A stretch of 62,874 nt of DNA, the filler included, from Rhabdomonas costata (Eukaryota), in the NCBI GenBank assembly GCA_019059605.1. It is 45 parts of 45 records of this genome, joined end to end, with 100 filler letters (N's around TTAATTAATTAA, not from the genome) between each part and the next. Parts side by side here need not be neighbours in the genome. Positions count along the whole stretch, not along the records: positions 39,187 to 40,479 come from JAHMHO010020166.1; positions 40,580 to 41,889 come from JAHMHO010020167.1; positions 41,990 to 43,288 come from JAHMHO010020168.1; positions 43,389 to 44,687 come from JAHMHO010020169.1; positions 44,788 to 46,086 come from JAHMHO010020170.1; positions 46,187 to 47,485 come from JAHMHO010020171.1; positions 47,586 to 48,884 come from JAHMHO010020172.1; positions 48,985 to 50,283 come from JAHMHO010020173.1; 37 more parts are not named here. One strand, written 5' to 3'. Below are positions 40,401 to 52,655 of the stretch, piece after piece (the stretch's first letter is position 1; each line of letters starts with the position of its first letter). The position numbers and the translations under genes were made by a program. Under the pieces are notes generated by a model, which saw nothing but the letters and a program-made list of their open reading frames with translations, made no database searches and was not told the DNA's origin.

Positions 40401-40579
40401 CTCATCTGCCCTCCTAAACGATGACTGCACGCTCTCGCAGCAGGCCGTAGGAAGGCAGCGGGGAAACGGCGAGGAGAGTNNNNNNNNNNNNNNNNNNNNN
40501 NNNNNNNNNNNNNNNNNNNNNNNTTAATTAATTAANNNNNNNNNNNNNNNNNNNNNNNNNNNNNNNNNNNNNNNNNNNN

Positions 40580-40906
40580 AAGCCGTACCTCCCTGCCACG
40601 ATGTTCCTTCGTGACGGTGACACGGAGAGCTATGCCGATCCGTTGTCGGAGGCGGATCTCCCCTTCTATGTGGAGGTCCCCAGTGGCCCGAGTGAGGCCT
40701 CTCTCAGCGCTCGCTTGCCATTTCCGCGGCCCTCCGCATCGGAGGTGGGCCGCTTTGCCGATGCGGAGGCTGCACTGGCTCGCCTGCTGTCTGGCACTGC
40801 CTCAGCCCTCTCCTCGGCCGACCCCCTACCCGGATGCCCTTCTCCCGCCGCTGGTCTTCCAGCGCTTGCAGTTGTGCAGCACCACCTGAGGCCGCTGAAC
40901 GGCGAG
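40580..40906 (+). CDS. Hypothetical exon
   Basis: GC-rich open frame from the contig start to the GAG|GTGCT donor. Confidence 0.45.
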
Positions 40907-43900
40907 GTGCTCTGCGTCGCAAGAACCTGATGGGGGCTGTTGGCGGGGGATCCCTGGGCAGTGCAGCTGGGCCTGTGGCTGGAGTTGCCCTGCCAACTGG
41001 TCAGCGAGGAGAGCGGCCCTCGCCGTGGTGCATCTCGCGGGAGCTTGGGGGGATTCTGCCGTAGGATGGCCCCGGTGTGGCCCCCTGTCAGCTGCGGCGT
41101 GGAGAGTCCGCAGGTTTGTGGTGCTGCGTTTTGTGCTCAGATATTGCACAATGGGTACGCCAGCTCCCTTTCCCTTTCCCTTGCCCCTACTTGGTCATCT
41201 TGAGATCAAAGTGTTGGGACTGTCTTCACATCCCGGACCTTTGGTCTGAGACCTGAATCAAGGAAAACAATGCAAGGGTCAACTCGCGTGTTGGGCACTT
41301 TTTTGTCGCGAACTCAGAAGTAGTAGGGCATGCCTCAAACTGGGAAGAAAGCAATTTGGTATTTGCGCGTCGGGGTCGACGCATTCTTGTCATCACTTGA
41401 GACGCCAGTGAGCTGACACACATTTTGCCGTGCAGTAATTTTTTGGGGGTCAGAGACATCATTGTGACGGCAACACAATGCGTGGAACTCCCCCCCCTCC
41501 AAAATAAATAGCTCTAGTTATATGGAAATAGGATGTGCACAGTAGCTACTACCACCGTTCGTCAAACAGACGTGGCCACCTCGATATAACCCCCACACAC
41601 CAGGCACACACACATTACGGGTGATGTCACGTTTTCCCCGTTGCAGATGAGCCAGCTGCTAATCGTGTATGCGCAGTGTGTGTGATTTCACTGTGTTATT
41701 TCAGTGCTATGCAAATATTAAAGACGTAACCAGGGGGCGTAGATCTCTGGGTCCGGTGCGTGGGGGCAGCAAAAGGTTCGTCTCGCACTCGGCGGAAAAG
41801 CGGGAGAGGTTAGTTTTTGGAGACGTGCCGCAGTGCGGCCGGAGAGGTCGATAAATCATTTAACGACAGCAAAGTTTAACCCCCCCCCGNNNNNNNNNNN
41901 NNNNNNNNNNNNNNNNNNNNNNNNNNNNNNNNNTTAATTAATTAANNNNNNNNNNNNNNNNNNNNNNNNNNNNNNNNNNNNNNNNNNNNGTGGTGGGTGT
42001 GTGTGGGTTGGTGGGGGTGGGGGGACGTGCAATCCGGGATTCAACTGGCACTCCCGTTTTCCTCTTCAGCTGATGCACAGCATCAATCAAGAGACGGAGG
42101 AGCTGGTGCGGCTCACCCAGCAGAGACTCCAGCTGGACGCTGGGCTGTCGGACACCTGAGAAGGACGTCCCTTTTGCTGTGTTCGCAATGGGGGGTTCAC
42201 AAGTCGCGGTGCCAGCTGTAAATATCCCTTTTCGTGTGTGTGGACGTGGAATGACTTCATGTCTGAGAGATTGTCCTCACACCAATTCCGCACCAAAATT
42301 TACTCCGAAACCGTTCAAAATCTTTGCTATTTGACCTGGGCAATGGGATGTGGGGTTCAGGCATACCCTATGTGCAAACCAAGTTTAAGCAAGTTTAGGG
42401 TCTGCTTTTTAGAACCTGTTTTCTGTTCCCACAGGTAACCGTTACCACTCGCCCCCCCCCCAACTTCTATTGGGCCGAATCATTGCGTGTGCCGCGATCG
42501 GGTTATGGTTAAAGTCTTATGCCGAGCATCGACCAAGAGGCAATAATAATATACGTGGGACAAGTTTATACCCTTATAAACATGGTGGTCCACTGTTCAC
42601 CGGGTGAATTGCCATCAACATCACATTGCTTAATTTTTTGCCGCATTAACTTAAACTGTATTATATCATAAAGCTGTATATTATCAAAAAAAAAAAACTA
42701 AAAACGGTAGCATAAAGACGCGTGCACCCTCGAAATAACTTCGGTTTTGCGTAAGGGGGTAAGGTAAGTTTTGCCAGTGCCCCATTTGATTGTTGAGCTG
42801 AATGAAATCGTCACCGCCGTCACTCGCCAATGAAATGGCTGGGATACTGCCCGGCGAGTCCGAGAGCATTAGTTAGGGGCCGGAGCGGGCGACTGGGGCA
42901 GGGACGTGACCTGGGGGGCTGATAACGACTTTTTGAGGTATGTTCCCACAGTAAAAAAAATTGCTACCACTGGCAACTGTTACCACACTCCCCCCCCCCA
43001 ACTTCCATTGCACCGAAATGCTCTCCTGCCTGACCACTTCTTGGAGTACAAATCACCCTTCTGCTGCTGGGCAGAGTTTCTTGGGAAACCTCTGCCCTCG
43101 CTCGGTGACCTCTAGTAAACTCTTCTTCTGCTTGTGATTCTCACGTCATATTCTTCTTACCACGCACACGCAAACACACACTTGGTGCACTTGGCAAGGA
43201 TGAGTTTTTTCTGGGGAGGACTCGAGGTCCACTTCCCCCCTGGGCTCCCACCTTTCGATGGGGCATGGGCCCATCGGGCCCCACACCCNNNNNNNNNNNN
43301 NNNNNNNNNNNNNNNNNNNNNNNNNNNNNNNNTTAATTAATTAANNNNNNNNNNNNNNNNNNNNNNNNNNNNNNNNNNNNNNNNNNNNCAGGCTGCAGCC
43401 AGTTCCCACCAATGTTCCGTATGCCGGAACGGGCGTGGCAAGTGGCAAGTCAAATGAGGAAATCGTCGTTGATGTGGGGGTGAATGTGAGTGTGGAAGTC
43501 GATGGAGCAAACGGAAGAATTGAGAATATGAAGGATCTGATCTGTGTGTATGTGTATGTGCGTTGAATGGTTGTGCTTTTTTGAATGGCTGCCCCTTTCC
43601 AAGAAAAAGGGCATCTTGTTGAAGGTTGCGTGTGTGTGATGTGCGAGCAGTTGGGACATCATTTGGGCTCCTCGCGTGCACAATCTTCTGCTCCTTCATT
43701 CATTCCCGCATATTGACACCCCTTTCCCGATCCCAGACCTCATCTTTCTGGATCCTGTCGCTCTGTAGTGCGTCTCCCTGCCTCCGTGCTGACTCTCCTC
43801 CTCTTTTTGCCGTGTCTTGCAGTACAGTGGCATTGCAGATCGGTCTTGGTGCGAGTTATCCCACTAGATTTCCCGACCGCGCATGCAGGTTTTGGTGGAT

Positions 43901-44197
43901 CTTTACTCTTTACTATCCCTTCTGCTATGGTCGGACCCCCGTTAATGCGGGGGAGGTCAGTGAGGCTTGGGGTTTCCTTGTTCCCCCCCCCCCTCCCCGA
44001 TTTACGGGGAGTATTTCGGCCGGAAAAGAAGAAAAGGGAAAAGCCGCGTAGGCGCACAAACCGGATGTGGGTGAAAGACCGGCCATGAAGCCACACAAAA
44101 GACCCAGCCTTGCTTCGGCTTCGCTCTCGAACGAGGGCGAACTCTGTTGGTTGGGTTCGTATGCGTGTGTGTGTGTGTGTGTGTGTGGATGTTTCAG

Positions 44198-44368
44198 GTC
44201 AGGGCTGTCCGGAGACCGCCCCTCCGCCGGGGTACGCCCACAAATGCCCTCTGGGTCTGCACTGCGCCAACGTGAGTTGTGCTCCGGGGTACTTCCAGAG
44301 TGGCCCCACGGCCCCACCCCGGGCCCAGTGTGGGATGGACGGCAAACCCTTCAAATTCACTGGATGCA
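44198..44368 (+). CDS. Exon encoding a 6-Cys extracellular module (paralogue of 31601-31790)
   Basis: CPETAPPPGYAHKC...HCANVSCAPGY...C...GKPFKFTGC; phase 1-1 exon bounded by AG and GT. Confidence 0.6.
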
Positions 44369-45999
44369 GTGCGAACCCCCATCCCCATCCAACCGACTGT
44401 CGCCCGGCCTCTTCACGATGCCAACAAACAAAAATACATACCCTCGGGAGACTGGTGTAGCAAGGAAGTCACAAAGGCAAGCATGAATGTGCAGTGATAT
44501 CATAAGCTACAATGTGTGTGTGCGTGTGTCGGGAATCCCAAGGCACGTGATCCGTGATCTGCAGCAGAGCTGGAACACTGCCACCACCGGGCTCGCGCAG
44601 AAAAAAGGAGAGGGAGGCTCAGGAAGGAGAGGGCACGACTGCGCTGAGGAGGAAACGTCCCCCCCCCACCCCAAACACACCCACCACNNNNNNNNNNNNN
44701 NNNNNNNNNNNNNNNNNNNNNNNNNNNNNNNTTAATTAATTAANNNNNNNNNNNNNNNNNNNNNNNNNNNNNNNNNNNNNNNNNNNNATGTGAGCACCAT
44801 TGAATTAACCGTATTTTTGTGTTGGGGGGTTAGATGGCGAGTGCCGGTGTTCCCCAGATGAGCATTATTGGTTAGTACGTCAAGTCAACTTTAGTGCAAA
44901 TACAAGGACTTGCCAATCGCCAGGATATGAGCGGGTAGGATAACAATGGTTTGGGAGCGAAGGCCAGCCCGCGGCGCTGCCTGCTCGGGCGGCTGCGCCC
45001 GGGACCGTGACCTGGGGGGCCTGAACTTATCCTTCAATAGAAAAATGGCTTCCACGGATAAGCCGTGCACTCCTGGCGTCTACTGTACCCATTTTTTCTC
45101 TGAGATTTGGCTTTGTGGTGCAAGAACAGGAAATGGATCACGGCACACAGATTTCGGAACTGTGGTTTGGCTGGTGTGTCAGTGTTCAGCACACAGTCCG
45201 GGGGGCAAAAAGTGCAGTGACCCAAAGACGGTTCAACAAACCACCTTTTCTCTTCGCTCACTAACGCAATCAGCACTTTCTCGACACTGAGTAATTCGAG
45301 CCTACCAGTCCGCCACACGTAAATCAGGTTTCCATTCGAGTAGACCCCCATTCAATCCCCGGCCTCCTCCTTCTCCAATATGAGAAACTGTGCAAAGACA
45401 TTGAAACCCCCCAGTTCTTGATCCCTTTCCCCTTGCTACAGCCGGTCAACCCCGTTGAACCAAACACCAATACCACACGAAACAGAATGCAAATTTACGT
45501 AGTGTTCAACGGTTTCGATGTGGGCACCGGAAAGGGACGTGTCCATCTCTGCCGCCCGTGAGTCCATGTTGGTACAAAAACGGCGCACTTACCTTAGACC
45601 AATCACAACATTCACTTTTCGGGGGATAGTCGGACGAAATTGACGAGATGCTATTGTATGGGTATTTTTTTTTCTAATTGGGGCTAGTTTAACCTTATTT
45701 TGGCTAATTTTGAGCATTTTATGGTTGTTTTGGGTCAAAATTTGACTCCTTTTGGCGGCCTCCTGGGGTCTTCACAAGCGAGGGAGGTCATGGTGAAGGA
45801 AGGAATTTCCAGGGGGGGGGCTATGCCTTCGGGTCGAAAAGTCCTCGGGCAGGGAGAGCCGAAATTATTTGCCATTTTCACTAATTTTTCTACCATGGAC
45901 TACCCAGAATGACTTCCGTTCTACGCACTCGACAAAGTTCGAACGATGAACGTTTGGGGACAAAAAAGGCTAAGGCGTGGGGAGGCGTGTGTGCGGGTA

Positions 46000-46080
46000 G
46001 GGTTCAAAGAGGGATTTTGGGAGAGGAGAGAATTTGCATATGTCCTTTTTTCTCCTCTCCCAAAATCCCTCTTTGAACCC
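46000..46080. repeat. 30-bp perfect inverted repeat at contig end
   Basis: Arms at 46000-46029 and 46051-46080. Confidence 0.92.
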
Positions 46081-46187
46081 AACCCCNNNNNNNNNNNNNN
46101 NNNNNNNNNNNNNNNNNNNNNNNNNNNNNNTTAATTAATTAANNNNNNNNNNNNNNNNNNNNNNNNNNNNNNNNNNNNNNNNNNNNG

Positions 46188-46259
46188 TTTTGGTGTGGCG
46201 CTAAAAACCCGCACGGAGCAGCGCACTTACTGCCCAAGGTTTTTAGCGCCACGCCAAAA
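46188..46259. repeat. 22-bp inverted repeat (one mismatch) at contig start
   Basis: Arms at 46188-46209 and 46238-46259. Confidence 0.85.
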
Positions 46260-46619
46260 AACATCACATCGATCACCCGGCTTCATTTTTTCGGGCTCCC
46301 CAAGTTGACGGAGAAATACCTTAAGTTTTCGGCCAGCATCCCGAACCCTACCGCATGCATTGATACGAGTGTCCCTTTTAAAATGGGCTATTTGTTGTTG
46401 GAATAATTTACGTAAAATACACTATTTTGAAGCCGGTGTGGTGTGAGGGGTTATTCCTTGTACCATTTGTGTCATTGAATGGGGATCGTTTTTGCAGAAA
46501 GTGGGTGCCGGGAGATCACGGGCGAAGCCTTACAACGTCAACACAGCGGTAACGCTTAGAGCGGAGTGTTTGCCATCGCTGCTAACACGGTCGAGACGGC
46601 TCGGCACCGGAAATTACAG

Positions 46620-47485
46620 TGGTGGACGGTCCCTATGATGTTACGAACCAGTGGTAACCGCCTGCGAGGATGGCTGCTCCGCCCGGAAACCCGGGAACTA
46701 AGAACGAGGGATGCGGACCGCTTTTCGGTCCAATCCTTAACAAGGGATCGGGATAAATCATTCACCCAAGAAGGGCCGTTTTGCTCATCCATGACCTGCT
46801 AGGTCAGATCACCGCGGAAGCAAAGGTCGTTCCGTTTAAAGCTATGCAGCGAATGCAAAGTGAGATGCCCGCGGGTCAGCAGGGGTTTTCCGCATATCAT
46901 CTAGCAGGAGGCAACCACATCACAGGCAGACCCGTTCAGGAAGTTGAGGGAGAAATACCCGCAGTTTCCTTCCTACAAAGGCCACACAGATCACTTCCTG
47001 CCTTGGATCCGGTAGTGCCAGATCAGGAAAGAGCAGCGGAAGCTGCCGGATGCATCGACCATCCAGTACGCATCAGGCTGTCCCCGAGTGACAAGGAGTT
47101 TGCGCCCTGGGAACTGTTCTGCCAGGAGCTCAGGCCCAAGTTTCTCCAGAACACAAATGTGTGGCGTCTGATTGAGGAGACGGCCCACTGAAGCATGAGA
47201 CGTTATTGGCCGAAGTTCCATTCCACAGTGCACACATACAAAATGTTCATCCCATGGCAGTTTCATCCTTCATTGGTGCTGAATATGATCAAAGGTCTGG
47301 ACCCTTATCTTCAGCTGAAAGTGATGAAACACCCAAAGCCAAGCACCCTCGGTGAAGCAGTGGAGCGCGCCTTGGAAGCTTTTCGCACCACGAAGCCCAC
47401 TCTGCCACAACCTGCGGTTGATCAGCAGGCGGCGTACGCGCCGTTCGCGTCGCCACCAGGGCTCAATGGACGCAACCAATGCAGT
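46620..47485 (+). mobile_element. Ty3/Gypsy-like LTR retrotransposon 5' part: candidate PBS plus gag interrupted by a stop
   Basis: Gag-like WELFCQELRPKF...IKGLDPYLQLKV...PSTLGEAVERA in one frame (46781-47485), with TGA at 47189-47191. TTACA-G-TGGTGGACGG lies upstream. Confidence 0.7.
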
Positions 47486-48073
47486 NNNNNNNNNNNNNNN
47501 NNNNNNNNNNNNNNNNNNNNNNNNNNNNNTTAATTAATTAANNNNNNNNNNNNNNNNNNNNNNNNNNNNNNNNNNNNNNNNNNNNGGGTGTGGGGGTAGC
47601 ACCCTGTTGTCAAAAATACTGAGACGTAAGGGTGACCAGTTCACCGCAGGAAAAAAATGCAGGTGAAGCAGTGATCGGTAGCCAGCGGACCCCTCTCCCC
47701 TCCTCCGGAGCGGAAGTTAGGCATGCATACATGACTGCAACGGGAGAGTGAATGAACACGTGAATTCAAGATAACTCTTCGCACAGGGTGTCCGCAGACC
47801 GCACTGCAAGCAACAGAGATTCGACTTGAGTACAAACGGACACATCGTAGCAACCTGTTGCGAGGAATTCCCGGACTGTATGAATATTGCACGTAAACCT
47901 CAGGGGGCAGAGCGACGAGGGAAGGGAATATCCACTGCGCCTCCATTCAAAGAACTCAACCGCGTGATAAGATCATCACTGCCATGTGTGTGCGGTTCCC
48001 CCCTTCCCGTGTCCTCTGTTCTCTGTTGCGAGGGTGACAGGATCACGGGCGCTGGGGTGCGCGTTGGCGGTAC

Positions 48074-48202
48074 CGTGTGAAGGGTGATGGCCTGGGAGAT
48101 GTCCCGGATAAACGCACGGGTGGTGCCCGCGTTGGCGAAGTGGCTGGCGAGGGAGGACAGCCGCAGGGCCTGCCGGTCCATCGGATTGGAGGCCAGGTAC
48201 GC
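48074..48202 (-). CDS. Hypothetical internal exon
   Basis: ttttag acceptor, 43 codons with high GC3 (AYLASNPMDRQALRL...), and a GTACC donor. Confidence 0.5.
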
Positions 48203-49229
48203 CTAAAACCCCCAGCCCCACAACTCCCTGACACCACAATCGTAAACCGAACAAACAGTGAAACCGGTGATGACGAGAAATGAAAGAAGGAAAAACAAAA
48301 AAAACACAGAATGGAGCCAAGGGCGACACAAAGCCTGGGCTGGTGTGGTACCCACCTGACCTACTAATATGCCTCGGTTCCCTGACACCCTTACCGGCAG
48401 CTACGCCCACACAGGTGGGTCGACAATTCCGTCCTCTAATTTGAAAGTGGAGGCACCTGCCAAATCTGCAGTGCAGTGCTTTTGCTCTGCCGGGTGACCC
48501 AACTCGCCAAGTTGCACTAAAAAAAAGGGGAGCTCGGCCCCACGCCCACACTTTTACATGGGCTCATGGGTTAAAAAGTCTTCCTCAATCAGTTCATCTA
48601 CGAAGGAGACGTTCATTGGGGTGGTGCCAACCCATTTTTCTGCAGGAAGGTCCATAGAAACCTCATTACGGAGAATTCGCAGCCTCAGCGGGGCTTTCAA
48701 ATCTTCTCCTGCTGCCTGGCCACTTCTCGGAGGTGTGGATCTCACTCCTTAGCTGCGCTCACTGGCGCATGGAAACACAGTTCTGGGGAGCTTCAACCCT
48801 CTGCGCTCGCGCCAAGTATACTTATCGCGCGCGCAAACACACACACACACACACACAACTGGCATGCACACGCGCACACACACCNNNNNNNNNNNNNNNN
48901 NNNNNNNNNNNNNNNNNNNNNNNNNNNNTTAATTAATTAANNNNNNNNNNNNNNNNNNNNNNNNNNNNNNNNNNNNNNNNNNNNGGGGTTGGGTGGGGCC
49001 GACTCTGCTGAGCTGATGCATGTGGGCGTGCTGGGCCGGGTGAAGCGGAGCATGTGTATCTCAACTTCGATGTCAACGGGGACTTTGCAGTATTCAGCTG
49101 AGATGAATGTCGCATGAAAAGCCTCGGCGTAGAAGAAGTGAGCCATTATGTAGGGCGAGCAAGTGGAAACTGTAGGACAAGGCGCGAGGGAGTGACTAGG
49201 ATAGCGCAGTGAGGTGTAGCGTGTAAGAG

Positions 49230-49795
49230 CATGGAGGTAGTTCACAGGTAAGTGCAAGGTAAAGACGTCTGAATGGTAATAACTTCATTGAGTAACGATG
49301 TGAAAAGTGCACCAATGCAATTTTGTCTCACAATAAACAATAGTGTCGAGGAAAAAAGAGTTCCCTGTCTGTCTGCCTGCCTGTCTGTCTATCCTCCTTT
49401 CCGCTAGTAGCGAAATGGAACAAAGCGCAGCACGGCAAGGCACGGCACAATAACGTGGAATGGCGTCCAGTTAATTCTGGAGGCTAGTGCGGGTTCAACG
49501 ACAAACGTCAGCACAGTAACAGCAGCACGCAGCGATGGCTTGAGGGAGGGGGTGTGACAACATGGAGGTAATTCACAGGTAATGGCAAGGGAAAGACGTC
49601 TGAAGGGTAAAGACCCCAGAGAGAGGTAACGATGTGCGATGTACACCGTTGCAAGTGCGCGTCCAGAGTAAACAAGAGTGTGGAGGATAGAAAGAGTTCC
49701 CTATCCTCCTTTCCGCTAGAAGCGAAATGGAACAAAGCGCAGCGCGGCAAGGCACGGCACAATAACGTGGAACGGCGTCCAGATAATTCTGGAGG
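49230..49795. repeat. Two diverged ~240-bp direct repeats immediately 3' of the RNase H ORF
   Basis: Copies at 49230-49483 (with a (TGTC)n insertion) and 49561-49795; the right-hand ~95 bp are nearly identical. Confidence 0.9.
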
Positions 49796-49800
49796 TTATA

Positions 49801-50283
49801 TCATCCCGTCGGTGTTGAGCGCGACAAGGGATCCGCCTGGTTCACCGGACCTGGAACCCAGCGCACCGTGACCTCGATACCGGAGAGGGTCTGCAGGATG
49901 GCCGCAGAAAGTAGTAGCTGCGCTTGGTGCCTGGTAGGAGGCAGTTGCAGCCCCGAAAACCACCCCACGCAGGCGCTGCTATCCGCCAGCAGCAAGAGAT
50001 GCGTCCGCGATGCAGCAGCGCATGCAACCGCTAATGTCACGCCGTACAGTTCCGCCGTCTGTTGGGCGTCATGAGCGCGGGCGTAGGTTTCCAGGAGTTC
50101 AGGTGGAAGGGCGGCGGTGAGCCCTCGCCTCCCATCCCAGCTGCAGAGACCCACAGTCCAGCTTGCAGCGCAGGCGTCGGAGTAGAGGATGTGCAGTGAG
50201 CGCTCCGCAGACCACCGCACTCGGCAACACCCCAAAGTCACCGAAATGGAGAAGGACCATAACGCCTCCCACAAAACCCCCAC
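49801..50283 (-). mobile_element. RNase H domain of a tyrosine-recombinase (DIRS/VIPER/TATE-like) retroelement, 5' partial
   Basis: Intronless. LYSDA...QQTAEL...LLADSSA...RWVPGPVNQADPLSR gives an intact D-E-D-D set. Confidence 0.78.
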
Positions 50284-50978
50284 NNNNNNNNNNNNNNNNN
50301 NNNNNNNNNNNNNNNNNNNNNNNNNNNTTAATTAATTAANNNNNNNNNNNNNNNNNNNNNNNNNNNNNNNNNNNNNNNNNNNNTGTGTGGGGTCAGATGC
50401 GTTAGGGGAGAGGGGCTTAACGTTCAACGTTGTCAAACACGTTATCAAACTGACAGCACACATGTCCAGGGCCTGTTCAACTGAGCGGGAAGCATGCGGA
50501 AAAAAAGAGGCTGAGTGGGGGAAGGAGCATTTTAAACCATTTGAACGGCGAGGGACAAAACCATGCTGGTAGACCCCCACCTTCAGGAGTCGCTATTGGT
50601 GCGTATAACCACAAAAACTCCCCCACCTGCCCCAGTCAACATTCCCGCTCCAGCTGTCTTCGCAGGCGCCACTAAAATAACTGTTTCCCTGGGAATCGTT
50701 CATCGCAGTTCCCAGCAAATCTCCGAAGCCGGCCCTCTAAAACCAGAAATACCGTGGAAAGGAATCGCACCATAGAATTCCTAGTCTCGTAACTCACCGT
50801 TGAACAACGATGAAACCGATTAACAAAGTTAACTATTTAATGTTACTGAACAGTTAAATCCTCCACACGCAGCATCGGAACAAAAAAAAATGAAGAAACG
50901 GCTCAAAAAAAAAGCTCAAAACATTGAAACTCCCTCCATTCAAGGCACCGTCGGAGCAGGGCAAACATGAGTCGCTAC

Positions 50979-51190
50979 CAGATAATCACGGAGGAGAACT
51001 GGATCGCCTTGAACATTGCCGCCAGCCTGGCGAAGGTGTCCACGGGGTGAATCGAGGGGAAGGTCCGCTCGGCCCACCGCTTGAACCGCTGGGGAAAGAA
51101 CCAGATGTACGCGTACATCCAGTGGGGCAGGGAGAGCGTGGCCACGGTGGCCCAAAAGGGGCCCGAAGACAGAAACCCGGGAACAGCCAT
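50979..51190 (-). CDS. PLMT: Phospholipid N-methyltransferase (plant-type PLMT/PEMT family), first exon
   Basis: LPHWMYAYIWFFPQRF...HPVDTFARLAAMFKAIQFSSV resembles the plant PLMT N-terminal region; GTAGC donor. Confidence 0.65.
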
Positions 51191-51810
51191 CGCTTCGGCG
51201 GAGTGGAGGGGACAGATAAAGACAGAAGCGAAGCTGGAGCAGGGGTTTGATCTAAACATCGAAGGCACACGTCACCATTGTGCCTGCGGTGCCCAGGGTT
51301 GCAAAAAACAGCTTCCATAAATTTGCAGCGCCACAAAGCTTATTTAGCTTTCTTTTGAAGAACGAGGGTTTATTAGAAAGCAACCCGATGCTGGTGCACT
51401 GCAGAGATTTGAATACAGGTTGGCAATTAGGGGTTATTGCAATTATTAACTGTTAACTATTAACTATAAACTGTATTTTGTCAACTGCATTTCCAAGCAA
51501 ATAGTGGAAGTAGGACAGAGACACGAAGGGCAGGGGCATCTGCTTTTTCATCCTTCAACCAGACAGGAAGCCATAACGAGCTACAGCACACAGTACCGAC
51601 ATACACACAGTTTAGTCCAAAGCCAGGGCCTTCACACAAACCAGAAAGGTCGTTAAATACAGCAAGGCAAACAACAAAAACCNNNNNNNNNNNNNNNNNN
51701 NNNNNNNNNNNNNNNNNNNNNNNNNNTTAATTAATTAANNNNNNNNNNNNNNNNNNNNNNNNNNNNNNNNNNNNNNNNNNNNGGGTTGTGGGGGCGATGA
51801 CGATGACATG

Positions 51811-52045
51811 GACGACGGCCATGGCAAGTGCGATGGTGGTGGCAAGGGCGATGGCTGTGGCAAGGCCGACGGCGGTGGCAAGTGCGACGGCGGTGGCAAG
51901 TGCGATGGCGGTGGCAAGGGCGATGGTTGTGGCAAGGTCGACGGCGGTGGCAAGCGCGATGGCGGTGGCAAGGGCGATGGACGTGGCAAGGTCGACGGCG
52001 GTGGCAAGGGCGGTGGCGGCGACAACGTCGACGGCGGTGGCAAGG
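51811..52045. repeat. 18-bp minisatellite, ~13 copies of GAYGGCGGTGGCAAGKKC
   Basis: Seen directly; reads (LPPPS[T/H/P])n on the minus strand. Confidence 0.92.
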
Positions 52046-52655
52046 GGACACGGTTTGTAAAGCGCACCCGTGGAACATGGTGGGATCCCCGGAGAGCCTT
52101 AGGGGGCTCCTCAGGGGCATCCCCTTCGGCAGTGTGGAAGCTTCCATAGGCAGAGCCCGTGTCGAGCAAGTCCGCGGAGGGCGAGGTAGGCCGCGACCCC
52201 AGGCCGCAGCATGCGGGGAGGTTGAGAAGGGGGGGCTTATGGCTACGGCGCGGAAGGCAAACAGGCGCATGTTGGCGCTTCTGGAGTGGTTCTATCCAAG
52301 AAGGCCTGGTCCAACATTAACTCCACGAGGAAGCGTTCCAATTTGTCACATGTATCACCTGGGTCATTGCGTCCGGGGCTGAAAATGGGCCGACCGACGT
52401 CACATAGCTGTGTCTAACTGCGTCTGGTATGTGTGGGTAAGCCACTACAATAAAACTACAATGACAGCAATAATGTCCACTTTGTGGTTTACCTGTTTGA
52501 GGTCCTCCTCTATTGACCTCCTGTTAAAATTTCAGCGCCCAATTCTGGGCGGGTATGTTGATGACATCACTTTCCCCCCTTGGATTCCAGCACAACAGTT
52601 TCAGAGGAGTGAGGTGGCAACTTGCTCTCTCCTTAATCCCAGGCTGGACCCCTTC

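Noticed and set aside
47189-47191. TGA recoding or an alternative genetic code
   Set aside because: It is a single case in a transposon relic, and the conserved genes here use TGG for Trp with no internal stops.
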